Shown: positions 20,971 through 29,728 of the stretch, piece after piece | Position numbering within the stretch: position 1 is the first letter of the stretch | Layout: the number at the start of each line of letters is the position of its first letter | Assembly (NCBI GenBank): GCA_035063585.1 | Contig: JAPSGB010000021.1 | Location: forward strand, 1-64,000 | Reading direction: 5' to 3' | DNA length: 64,000 bases | From: Polyangiaceae bacterium | Lineage (GTDB): Bacteria; Myxococcota_A; Polyangia; Polyangiales; Polyangiaceae | Notes under the pieces: model-generated | The model's input: only the letters and a program-made list of their open reading frames with translations | Databases searched by the model: none | What the model was told of the DNA's origin: nothing | Position numbers and translations under genes: made by a program

Positions 20971-21846
20971 ATGATGGGAAGAGCGCTCGGTTGGTCCGTC
21001 GCGCTGGCCGCCCTGGTCGGTCTCGTGGGCTGTGGCGCGGGCGACGACGGCGGCGAGGAGAGCGGTGGGCCGCAGGTTTGCAATGGTCACGCCGAGCTCT
21101 GCGACCGGCACTTCGACGAGGTGGCGTTCCCCGGAACTCACAACTCGATGTCAAGTGAAGATGACGGCTGGGCCGTCCCGAACCAGATCCACGGGATCGC
21201 TCGACAGCTCGAGGATGGCATCCGCGTGTTCCTCATCGACACCCACGAGGACAAGGGCGAGCTCTACCTCTGCCACTCGGCCTGCATGCTCGGGGAGATC
21301 CCGCTCGGCGACGCGCTCGGGCTCTACGAGAAGTTCCTCACCCAGCACCCGAACGAGCTCATCACGCTCATCATCGAGGACCACATCACCGCGGAGCAGA
21401 CGGCCGCGGCGTTCGACGCGAGCGGGCTCACGAAGTTTGCCTACGTTCACCCGGAGGGCGCTGGCTTCCCGACGCTCCGCGAGATGATCGCGAGCGGCAA
21501 GCGGCTCTTGGTGACCGCCGAGAGCGGCGGGCCGCCTCCCGACTGGTATCAAAACGCCTACCAATCGCTCACCTGGGACACGCCCTACTCGTTCAAGACG
21601 CCGGCCGACTTCAGCTGCGCGTTGAACCGAGGCAAGGTCACGAATCCGCTCTTCCTCCTCAACCACTGGCTCGAGGATCCGTTCGCCAGTGAGGAGAAGA
21701 GCGCCGAGGCGAACGCCTATGAGCTCCTCTACGGGCGCGCCAAGCAGTGCTGGGACGAGAGCGGTCGCATCCCGAACTTCGTGGCCGTGAACCACTACTC
21801 GGTGGGAGAGCTCTTCCGGGTGGTCGATTCGCTGAACGGCCTCTGA
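20971..21846 (+). CDS. PI-PLC X-domain-like phosphodiesterase lipoprotein
   Basis: Lipobox LVGC; CNGHAELC, FPGTHNS, QLEDGIR, LYLCH, HPNELITLIIED, LFLLNH and PNFVAVN. Confidence 0.8.
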   Translation: MMGRALGWSVALAALVGLVGCGAGDDGGEESGGPQVCNGHAELCDRHFDEVAFPGTHNSMSSEDDGWAVPNQIHGIARQLEDGIRVFLIDTHEDKGELYLCHSACMLGEIPLGDALGLYEKFLTQHPNELITLIIEDHITAEQTAAAFDASGLTKFAYVHPEGAGFPTLREMIASGKRLLVTAESGGPPPDWYQNAYQSLTWDTPYSFKTPADFSCALNRGKVTNPLFLLNHWLEDPFASEEKSAEANAYELLYGRAKQCWDESGRIPNFVAVNHYSVGELFRVVDSLNGL

Positions 21847-21911
21847 CCCTCGCGCGGCGGCGCGCCGCCGGAACTTTCCATCGCAGGGAAATCCTGGTAG
21901 GGGTCGTGTTC

Positions 21912-22514
21912 GTGATCGTCGTCGGCATCGACCCGGGTACGCGGCACCTCGGCTGGGGCGTGGTGCGGCGCGACGGCAGCCGCCTGCGTCACCTGGCGCA
22001 TGGGGTCATCGATCTCGACGCGCGCCTGTCGCTCCCGGCGCGGCTCACGCGCATCGACGCAGAGCTGGCCGACGTGATCACGGCGCATCATCCCGATGTC
22101 GGCTCGGTCGAGAGCCTCTTCTTTCACAAGGACGCGCAGGCCGCCGCCAAGCTGGGTCACGCGCGTGGCGTCGTGCTGCTCGCCTTCGCGCGCGCCGGGG
22201 TCGAGATCGCCGAGTACGCCCCCGCCAAGGTGAAGCGCACCGTCGCCGGCAAGGGTCAGGCCGACAAGCGCCAGATCCAGCTCATGGTGCGCGCGGTGCT
22301 CGCGCTCGACGAGCTGCCGAGGACGGACGCAGCCGATGCGCTCGCCCTCGCGGTGACCCATCTCCGGCTCGGGCCGCTCGCGGCCCGGCTCGCAGCGCGG
22401 CCGGAGCTCGAGCCGTCGAGGGTGCGCGCAAACCCGGCGCTCGCGCGGCTCCGCGCGCGCCGCCGCGCGCCGTCCGCCGCCGCGCTGCTGCTCGCGGCGC
22501 GCACCGCTCGCTAG
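21912..22514 (+). CDS. ruvC: Holliday junction resolvase RuvC
   Basis: GIDPG, VESLFF, LGHARGV, EYAPAKVK, GQADKRQI and DAADALALA; Arg/Ala-rich C-terminal extension. Confidence 0.93.
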   Translation: MIVVGIDPGTRHLGWGVVRRDGSRLRHLAHGVIDLDARLSLPARLTRIDAELADVITAHHPDVGSVESLFFHKDAQAAAKLGHARGVVLLAFARAGVEIAEYAPAKVKRTVAGKGQADKRQIQLMVRAVLALDELPRTDAADALALAVTHLRLGPLAARLAARPELEPSRVRANPALARLRARRRAPSAAALLLAARTAR

Positions 22515-22764
22515 TCTCGGCGTCGCGTCGGCGGCCGAGCTCGCGCCGCCGGCCGCGCCGGCCCGACCAGCCGGAGTCGTCCAAACCCCTGGTCATTCGC
22601 TCAGAGGCGAGCCGCACGGAGCGCTCCATGCCGCTCGGGTGGAGCGCGTTAAAGTGTTGGTCCGCAACAGGAAAATCGTGACGCTGCGCGAATCTCGGGC
22701 GGGGCTCGTCCGTCACATCCATTGCAAGCGCGCGGCGCCGCTGCCAAGAAGACCCGAACCCAGG

Positions 22765-23478
22765 ATGTCGTCGATGACTCGGAAATCCCTGCTGGCTGCT
22801 CTCGTGCTCGGTCTCTCGCTGCCCGTCCTCGTCCCGGTTGGGACCGCCGAGGCACAGGCCGGCAAGGCACCGCCGGCGAAACCGGCGCCCGGGGGCACCC
22901 CGACTGCGGCGCAGATCGCCGACCGCGTGCAGGCCTTCTACGACAAGACCCAGAGCTTCGCGGCGACCTTTAGCCAGAGGTACACGGTCAAGGCGTATAG
23001 CAAGGTCAAGAAGAGCGACGGGAGGGTGGTGTTCGCCAAGCCCGGCAAGATGAGCTGGCGCTACAGCAACTCGAACCGCATCGTCTCCGACGGCAAGACC
23101 GTGCTCGTGTACGAGGCCGACAACAAGCAGGCCTACGAGCAGCCGATGGGCAAGAGCCAGTACCCGGCGGCGCTCTCGTTCCTGGTCGGCGAAGGCAACA
23201 TCAAGACGGCCTTCAGGCTCAAGCTCCTGCCCGCGGCCAAGATGAAGTTCGAGGGCGGCTACGTGCTCGAGGGGACGCCGAAGTCGCCGACGCCCGCGTA
23301 CCAGAAGATCCTATTTTACGTCGATGCCGGGACCTACCAGGTGCGGCGGGTGCTCCTGCTCGACGCGCAGGGAAATCGAAATCAGTTCACCTTCGAGGCG
23401 CCGGTGGTAAACGAGAAGGTGGCCGACTCCGAGTTCAAGTTCACGCCTCCTCCGGGCACGCAGGTCATCAAGCCCTGA
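22765..23478 (+). CDS. lolA: Outer-membrane lipoprotein carrier LolA
   Basis: Signal peptide; FAATFSQ, KPGKMSWRY, IVSDGKTV, DAQGNRN and FKFTPPPG. Confidence 0.85.
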   Translation: MSSMTRKSLLAALVLGLSLPVLVPVGTAEAQAGKAPPAKPAPGGTPTAAQIADRVQAFYDKTQSFAATFSQRYTVKAYSKVKKSDGRVVFAKPGKMSWRYSNSNRIVSDGKTVLVYEADNKQAYEQPMGKSQYPAALSFLVGEGNIKTAFRLKLLPAAKMKFEGGYVLEGTPKSPTPAYQKILFYVDAGTYQVRRVLLLDAQGNRNQFTFEAPVVNEKVADSEFKFTPPPGTQVIKP

Positions 23479-23500
23479 GCGGCGTCCGGCACTGCTCGAC

Positions 23501-24475
23501 ATGGCGGCGGTCCCCGCGACGGTGCTCTCGGGTTTTCTCGGCGCGGGCAAGACGACGCTCCTGAACCGAGTCCTCGACGGCGCGCACGGCGAGCGCATAG
23601 CGGTGCTCGTGAACGATTTCGGCGATGTCGCCATCGACGCGCGCCTGGTCCGCGCCGCCGACGACGACGTGGTGAGCCTCGCGAACGGCTGCGTGTGTTG
23701 CTCGATTCAGGGTGATTTCATGGCGGCCGTGCGTAAGGTGCTGCTCCGCGAGCCACGGCCCGAGCGTCTGCTCATCGAGCTGAGCGGCGTCTCGGATCCG
23801 GGCAGCGTCGCGCGGAGCTTCGCGGTCATGCAGCGGAGTTGGCCCGTGGATCTCGACGGCGTGGTCGCCGTGGTCGACGCCGAGAACTTCCCCTCCACGA
23901 GCGACCCCGACTACCTGCTCGCGCGCGATCAGCTCGCGCTCGCGGATCTCGTGATCGTGAACAAGACCGATCTCGTGAGCGCAGGCAGGCTCGGCGAGCT
24001 CCGCGCGAGGCTCCGTGACTACCTGCCCCGAGGGCGCTTCGTCGAGGCGCGCGAGGCCGAGGTCCCGCTCGAGATCCTGCTCGGCATCGCCTCGACGCGG
24101 GAGTTCCCGCTCGAGAGCGCGCGCGGGCACGCCTTCGCCACGTTCACCTATCGCGCGACGCAGGCCCTCTCGCTCGAGCGGCTCCGCGAGGTCATGACCG
24201 AGCTTCCTCCCGAGGCGTTTCGCGTGAAGGGCACCCTCGACCTCGACGCCGTGCCCGAGCACGAGGCGATCCTCCAGGTCGTCGGGCAGCGCGCGCGGGT
24301 CTCACGCGGACGCCCGTGGGGGGCTCGCGTGCGCCAGAGCGAGCTCGTGTTCGTCGGGCGGCCCGAGCTCGACGATGACGCGCTGCGGCAGAGGCTCGAC
24401 TCCTGCGTGCCCGCGGCGCCTCGGCGAGCCTCGCTCGTGGGCGCGCTCGAGTGGCTGAGGCGTCGCCGCGATTGA
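23501..24475 (+). CDS. CobW/COG0523 G3E metal-chaperone GTPase
   Basis: SGFLGAGKTT, VNDFG, GCVCC, IELSG, NKTD and a CobW_C domain (RVKG, LVFVG). No His-rich linker. Confidence 0.9.
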   Translation: MAAVPATVLSGFLGAGKTTLLNRVLDGAHGERIAVLVNDFGDVAIDARLVRAADDDVVSLANGCVCCSIQGDFMAAVRKVLLREPRPERLLIELSGVSDPGSVARSFAVMQRSWPVDLDGVVAVVDAENFPSTSDPDYLLARDQLALADLVIVNKTDLVSAGRLGELRARLRDYLPRGRFVEAREAEVPLEILLGIASTREFPLESARGHAFATFTYRATQALSLERLREVMTELPPEAFRVKGTLDLDAVPEHEAILQVVGQRARVSRGRPWGARVRQSELVFVGRPELDDDALRQRLDSCVPAAPRRASLVGALEWLRRRRD

Positions 24476-24507
24476 CGCCGGGCCGCTCCGCCTGAAGTTT
24501 TGCGAAG

Positions 24508-25146
24508 ATGGAATGTCGCCGAGCGGTCGAGATCCGAGTGGCGGAGCAACCTTCGCCGCTCGGGCGCCTGAGCATCATCGAGGGACCAGCGGGCGTGCTC
24601 GCCGTGTGCTTCGGGCCCGCGCAGCAGTGCGACGCGCTCGAGCGCGTGGGCGCCGCGTTCCAGGCGCCGCTCAACGTGGTCCTCACGCCCCGCGTCGCGG
24701 CGTGCCGCGAGCTCGAGGAGTACTTCTCCGGCGCGCGCCGGAGCTTCGAGGTGTCGCTCGACGGGTCGCTCGTCTCGGGCTTCAAGCGGCGCGTGCTCGA
24801 AGAGCTCGCGCGTGTGCCGTTCGGCAGCCTGGTGACCTACGGTGAGCTCGCGCGGCGCGCCGGGAGTCCGCGCGCCGCGCGCGCGGTCGGCGCCGCCATG
24901 CGCGAGAACCCGCTCCCGATCCTGGTGCCGTGTCATCGCGTGATCGCCTCGGACGGTTCGCTTGGCGGCTACTCCGCCGGCCTCGAGGTCAAGCGCCAGC
25001 TTCACGCCCTCGAGGGCATCGGGCCGCTCGCGGGAGGCTGGGCTCCGTCGCGCGGAGCCTCCGCGCTCGGACCTGGGCTGGACCCGCACGCTAGTGGACG
25101 GCCGAGCGTGGGGGGCCGGTGCGGCGCGGAAGCTCGAGGCGCGTGA
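24508..25146 (+). CDS. ogt: Methylated-DNA--protein-cysteine methyltransferase
   Basis: TYGELA, RAVGAAMRENP, VPCHRVI and LGGYSAG. Confidence 0.9.
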   Translation: MECRRAVEIRVAEQPSPLGRLSIIEGPAGVLAVCFGPAQQCDALERVGAAFQAPLNVVLTPRVAACRELEEYFSGARRSFEVSLDGSLVSGFKRRVLEELARVPFGSLVTYGELARRAGSPRAARAVGAAMRENPLPILVPCHRVIASDGSLGGYSAGLEVKRQLHALEGIGPLAGGWAPSRGASALGPGLDPHASGRPSVGGRCGAEARGA

Positions 25147-25159
25147 TATAGCGGCGTGC

Positions 25160-25681
25160 ATGAAGCGTGAGGGCCCCTTCGCCGTCGCGATCCTGACCAC
25201 CGGCGGGACCATCGACAAGACCTACGACGAGTCGGACGGCTCGCTCCGTAATGCGCGCTCGATCCTCGACGAGCTCCTCCACACGCTCCGTCTTCCCGAG
25301 CTCGCGGTCGAGCTCGTGCCGGTGATGAGCAAGGACTCGCTCGAGATGACCGAGGACGATCGCGTGAAGATCCTGGAGGCTGCCCGGGGCGCGCTCGAGG
25401 GACACGACGCCGTGCTCATCGTGCACGGCACCGACACGCTGGCGGAGACCGGCGAGGTGCTCCATGCCGGGCTCGCCGGGCTCGACGCGCCCGTGCTCCT
25501 CACGGGCGCGATGCGCCCCTATGAGTTTCGCGACACCGACGCGCTCCAGAACGTGACCGAGTCGCTGATCGCCGCGCGCCTGCTCGAGCCCGGCGTCTAC
25601 GCGGTGATGCACGGCCGCGCGCTCAGGTTCCCCGGCGTGATCAAGGATCGGGCGAAGCACACCTTCCGCCGCGCCGATTGA
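25160..25681 (+). CDS. Short single-domain L-asparaginase-family protein
   Basis: TTGGTIDK, KDSLEM, HGTDT and LTGAMRP; only ~173 aa. Confidence 0.85.
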   Translation: MKREGPFAVAILTTGGTIDKTYDESDGSLRNARSILDELLHTLRLPELAVELVPVMSKDSLEMTEDDRVKILEAARGALEGHDAVLIVHGTDTLAETGEVLHAGLAGLDAPVLLTGAMRPYEFRDTDALQNVTESLIAARLLEPGVYAVMHGRALRFPGVIKDRAKHTFRRAD

Positions 25682-25739
25682 ACCGCGGCTCTGCTCCCGC
25701 CGCCCCTGCGCGGCCAGCGCGATGGCTCGCGAGCGGGCG

Positions 25740-26288
25740 TCAGCTCGGCGCGGCGAGCGGCGCCCGCAGGAGCGCGCCGTCGAGCGTCTCGCCGTCCAGG
25801 GTGAGGTAGAGGCGATCCTCCGAGCGGGTGAGCTCGAACGTGGCGTTCCGCTCGAGTCGCGCCTCGAGGGCGTCGAGCAGCGCGGGCTCGAAGGCGAACA
25901 GCTCGAGCTCGTGAGCGCGGTGTACGGGTCGAGCTCGCGCGACGCGGAGCGCGGATTCGAGGTCGCGATGGGTGAACACCACGACTCGCCGGCTCGCCTT
26001 GCTCGCTTTGTGCAAGCGCTCGGCGCTGGGCGTGCCAATCTCGACCGTGAGCGCGAGCAAGCCGTCGGCGTCGTGCAGCCAGATGGCGGGCTCGTCCGTG
26101 GTGCTGAGCCCCTTCGTGAAGGTGAGGCCTGGCTCGTAGACGAGGCAGTACGCGAGCACGCGCGTCACGAGGTAGCGCGCGCTCTCCGAAGGGTGCCGCG
26201 CGACCCGGAGATCGAGCGCTTCGTAGATTCCACGATCGACGTCCGAGAGCGTGATCTGAAAGCGATGGATGGTCGAGCCGGCGGCCAC
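25740..26288 (-). CDS. yaeQ: YaeQ family protein
   Basis: LSDVDRG, ARHPSES, FTKGLSTTDEP and EIGTPSAERLHKASK. Confidence 0.88.
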   Translation of the reverse strand: MAAGSTIHRFQITLSDVDRGIYEALDLRVARHPSESARYLVTRVLAYCLVYEPGLTFTKGLSTTDEPAIWLHDADGLLALTVEIGTPSAERLHKASKASRRVVVFTHRDLESALRVARARPVHRAHELELFAFEPALLDALEARLERNATFELTRSEDRLYLTLDGETLDGALLRAPLAAPS

Positions 26289-26404
26289 GCCCGCGCACCA
26301 TACCAGGCTCTCCGCGCTCGGTCGGGCAAACCCCGAGGGCCGCCGCCGGCGTTCGGACGCAGCGAGAACCGCCGCGGGGGCTCCCGAGTAGACTCGTCCT
26401 CTAG

Positions 26405-27934
26405 CTACCGCTCCGCCGCGCGGCCTTCTCGCCGGCGGCGGAGGCTCGCCGCCGCTGCGAGCGACAGCGCCAGCCAGAGCGGCGACGACGGGGAGCGCCC
26501 GCTCGCGCTGCAACCGCCGGCGCTGCCCGAGTTGCCGGCTCCGCTCGCGGCCACGACACCAGCCGCGCCGCCCGCTCCGCTCGGCGCACCGGCCGCGCCG
26601 CCCGCGGGAGCGCCCGCCGCGCCGCTCGCCCCACCCGCGCCCGCGCCTCCCGTGAGGCACATGCTCGAGCAATCGGTCGGGCAAGACTGGCACGAGCAGT
26701 ACTCGACCAGGCTGTAGTCGTCGGCTCCTCCGGGGTTCGCGGCCTTGCACGCCTCGAGGCATGCGGAGTCCGAGCACTGATCGACGCAGGTGAGGAGCGA
26801 CTTGCAGGCTGGGTTCCCCTCGCAGGAGTTGATCGTGTTCAGGCAGTGGCCGAGGCGGCAGCTGTCGCAGCCGCCTCCGGACGGGATCGGCTGGCAGACT
26901 TTCTCCGTGATCGTCTGCCGGCTCACCGTGATGGTGCCCTCGCTGCAATACATGCCGGTCGGGCAAGAGGTCGTGGCGCAGAAGTCCGAGCAGTACCCGC
27001 CGTTCGTCTGACAGAGCAGGGACAGGCAGTCGGCGCCTGTCTTGCACGGTCCTTGACCGGTCGGGAGCTTCGGCGGAGTCGAGGTGGGCGGCGAGCCGGG
27101 GTCGAGGACGGGCGAGCCGCCCGCTGCCGCGAACGCCGCGAGGATGAGGGTCCGCTGGGTGTCGACTCGGGTGTAGATCGGGGTGTCCTGCGGGTTCGAG
27201 CAGGATTGAGAGCGCGAAGCCAGGCCGATGATCGCGCCCGACGCCGCGATGAGCGGGCCGCCCGAGTCGCCGGAACAGATCCCCTGGCCCGCCGCTAGCT
27301 CGCCGGCGCCGATGAGCGCGTTCCAGTCCGGGCCCACACTCAAGACCGGCACGTTGCCGCGGCGACGTCGCGTCCCGGCGGTCCAGCCTTGGGAATCGTT
27401 GGTCATGCCGTAGCCCACCGCCGTCGCGAGCTCACCGATCACCGGGCCCCAGTCGAGGCGGATCGGGACCAGCGGGACGCTCGTGATGGCGGTGTCGAGC
27501 ACGACCAAGCCGATGTCGTTGGTGCAGAGGTTGTTACCGTCTGGGTGCAGGATCTGCGTCCCGTGCGCCACCGTCTGGCCGGGGCTCGAGCCAAGGTGCA
27601 CGCCGATCCGTGAGGGGTCGTGATCGGCGCCGACGTGATCGCCGTTCTGCGAGCCGCCGTAGATGTCGCACGCGATGCCCTCGGTCACGTTCTGCGAGAC
27701 GCAGTGCCGAGCCGTGATGACGAGCTTGGGCGCGATGAGTGAGCCGGTGCATGCCCCGCCGCCCGGCAGGGTCAGCATCACGACACCCTCGTGGGCTCCA
27801 CTCCCGTCGTCGAGCACGCCGCCGTTGATGGCCTCTCGGTGCTCGCCAACCGGTGGGTTCGGCGCCGAAGCGGAGCACGCCGTGACTGTCGACGCGAAGG
27901 AGAGGAACGTGACAAGCTGAAAGAGTCGGGTCAT
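26405..27934 (-). CDS. S1 serine protease with Cys-rich domains and MYXO-CTERM sorting tail
   Basis: Mature N-terminus AINGG; triad ITARHC, NDIGL and GDSGGP; C-terminus GGCSASG...LWLALSLAAAASLRRRR. Confidence 0.9.
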   Translation of the reverse strand: MTRLFQLVTFLSFASTVTACSASAPNPPVGEHREAINGGVLDDGSGAHEGVVMLTLPGGGACTGSLIAPKLVITARHCVSQNVTEGIACDIYGGSQNGDHVGADHDPSRIGVHLGSSPGQTVAHGTQILHPDGNNLCTNDIGLVVLDTAITSVPLVPIRLDWGPVIGELATAVGYGMTNDSQGWTAGTRRRRGNVPVLSVGPDWNALIGAGELAAGQGICSGDSGGPLIAASGAIIGLASRSQSCSNPQDTPIYTRVDTQRTLILAAFAAAGGSPVLDPGSPPTSTPPKLPTGQGPCKTGADCLSLLCQTNGGYCSDFCATTSCPTGMYCSEGTITVSRQTITEKVCQPIPSGGGCDSCRLGHCLNTINSCEGNPACKSLLTCVDQCSDSACLEACKAANPGGADDYSLVEYCSCQSCPTDCSSMCLTGGAGAGGASGAAGAPAGGAAGAPSGAGGAAGVVAASGAGNSGSAGGCSASGRSPSSPLWLALSLAAAASLRRRREGRAAER

Positions 27935-28107
27935 GCGGGGTGCCGTAGTCTGTCACCAAAGCTCGGGGTGCCGCCAGTCGCGAGGCGCCGCTATAGCTTC
28001 CCTCTACAATTTCACCCTGAGCGCGCGCGGCACGATTGTCGGTGGAATGCCGCGCGCCGCTCGCACGCGCTGCGAATCGCACCCCGCCGTCGCGCGTTGA
28101 GGCCAGC

Positions 28108-29703
28108 ATGAGCCCCCGCTTCGTCGCGCTCGCGCTCGGGATCCTGGCTCTCGGCTGCCAGCGCGCGCCACGCTCGGGGGGCGAGCCGCCCCGGCGCGAC
28201 GATCCGCCCGCGAAGGCCCCGCCGCTCGACGCTGCGCTCGAGGAGTGCCGCGCGCGCATCCGGGACCTCGAGCGGGAGCCCGCGGCTCCTGGCGCACCGG
28301 CGTTCGAGGCGCGCCGCGCGGAGCTGCTCGGGCGAGCGCGCGGGGAGCCGCTCCTCTGGCTCCGCGAGCCCGAGCCGACCCCGGACGCCGCGCTCACCGA
28401 GCCCGCGCGCGCCGCCAGGCGAGCTTACGCGCGCTCCTCACCGTGGAGGCGCGTTGGCTCGCTCCGGGCCCGATTCCGCGCCGCCCCGGCCATCCTGCGA
28501 AGCCTCATCCTGAGGGAGGGATACCTCTACTCGAACGATCCTACGGAGGCGCTCGCGCTCGTCTCGTCGCTTCGCGTCGAGGATCTCTTCGATGAGTCGG
28601 AGGTGCTCCTCGAGCGCGGCGCGGCGCGCACCCGGCTCACCCGCGTGGTGGAGCGACGTCGCGCGCTCTATCGCGACTCGAACGGGCGAGAGGCCGAGCT
28701 GTTGTTCGGCGATCGCCTCGTGCTCGACGAAGCCGAGCTGGCTCGAGCTCTCGCCCTCGATCTCGGGGGGCTCGCCGACACCGAGGGCGTCGAGCGGCTC
28801 CGCGTCGAGCGGCTCGCCGCGGGCGGGGTCCTTGGCGAGTTGCGGCTCGGGGGGGAGCCGGTGCGCGCGCTGCTCGTCGCGCGAGGCGCGTCGCTCGAGC
28901 TCTCCTGTCTCGACGCTCCCGAGCCCGTGCGAGCCCGGCTCCGAGCCTGGCAGGAGAGCGACGCCGCGCGGCGCCGCGGGCTTCGTCGCCTCCGGGAAGC
29001 GATCACCGATGGCGTCGCCGAACGGCTACCGTTCGATCGCCCGCGCGGTGAGGAGGGTGAGGAGTTCGACGGCCAGATGCGAAACGAGTGGCGTTGGGCG
29101 TACCAGACGGGGCGCAGCGCGTACGGCTTTCACGGAGACTCGTATCCGGTGTTCGACCCGAGCGGACGCCCGCATCCGCCCCAGGTGTGCGTCGTGTTCA
29201 TCCTCGATAGCTACGAGCGCGCGGCCGGGAGCTGGTTTCAGCCGCGCGGTCAGGCCAGGGCGCGCTCGATCGGGACCTTGGATTTCTCCGCGCTCGGCTT
29301 GAAGAACCGCGGCGCGGTGCTCGCCTTCGGCGACTTTGCCGCCACCCACCCCGAGCTCTTTGCCTTCGAGCGGCTTTCCGCGCCCGAGCGCGTGCCGTTC
29401 CGCGAGCGCGAGCGATTCTTCGCGTCGCTCACGCGCGATGACGACCGATTTCGCGCGGGTGACGTGGTCGCGATCCAGGGGCTGAAGAGCGACGGGAAGA
29501 TCCACCAACACGCGCTCCTCGTGGAGCGGATCGATCCGGTGACCGGGTTCCCGTATGGGCTCGCCGATCAGATGCGGACGCCGCGGCGGCGCACCTGGGA
29601 GGCGATCATGGGCCCCGCGCCGCTCCGGAGCGTGCTCTATCGGGCTCGTCCGAGCGAAGAGATCTGGCGCCGGCTCTCGCTCGCCGGCGCGCCAGGCGGG
29701 TGA
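28108..29703 (+). CDS. Hypothetical lipoprotein, possible C-terminal NlpC/P60-like Cys-His hydrolase
   Basis: Lipobox LALGC; QVCVVFI, RAGDVVAI and IHQHALLV. Confidence 0.6.
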   Translation: MSPRFVALALGILALGCQRAPRSGGEPPRRDDPPAKAPPLDAALEECRARIRDLEREPAAPGAPAFEARRAELLGRARGEPLLWLREPEPTPDAALTEPARAARRAYARSSPWRRVGSLRARFRAAPAILRSLILREGYLYSNDPTEALALVSSLRVEDLFDESEVLLERGAARTRLTRVVERRRALYRDSNGREAELLFGDRLVLDEAELARALALDLGGLADTEGVERLRVERLAAGGVLGELRLGGEPVRALLVARGASLELSCLDAPEPVRARLRAWQESDAARRRGLRRLREAITDGVAERLPFDRPRGEEGEEFDGQMRNEWRWAYQTGRSAYGFHGDSYPVFDPSGRPHPPQVCVVFILDSYERAAGSWFQPRGQARARSIGTLDFSALGLKNRGAVLAFGDFAATHPELFAFERLSAPERVPFRERERFFASLTRDDDRFRAGDVVAIQGLKSDGKIHQHALLVERIDPVTGFPYGLADQMRTPRRRTWEAIMGPAPLRSVLYRARPSEEIWRRLSLAGAPGG

Positions 29704-29728
29704 CCTCCGGCGCGCGGTCAGAGCGGCG

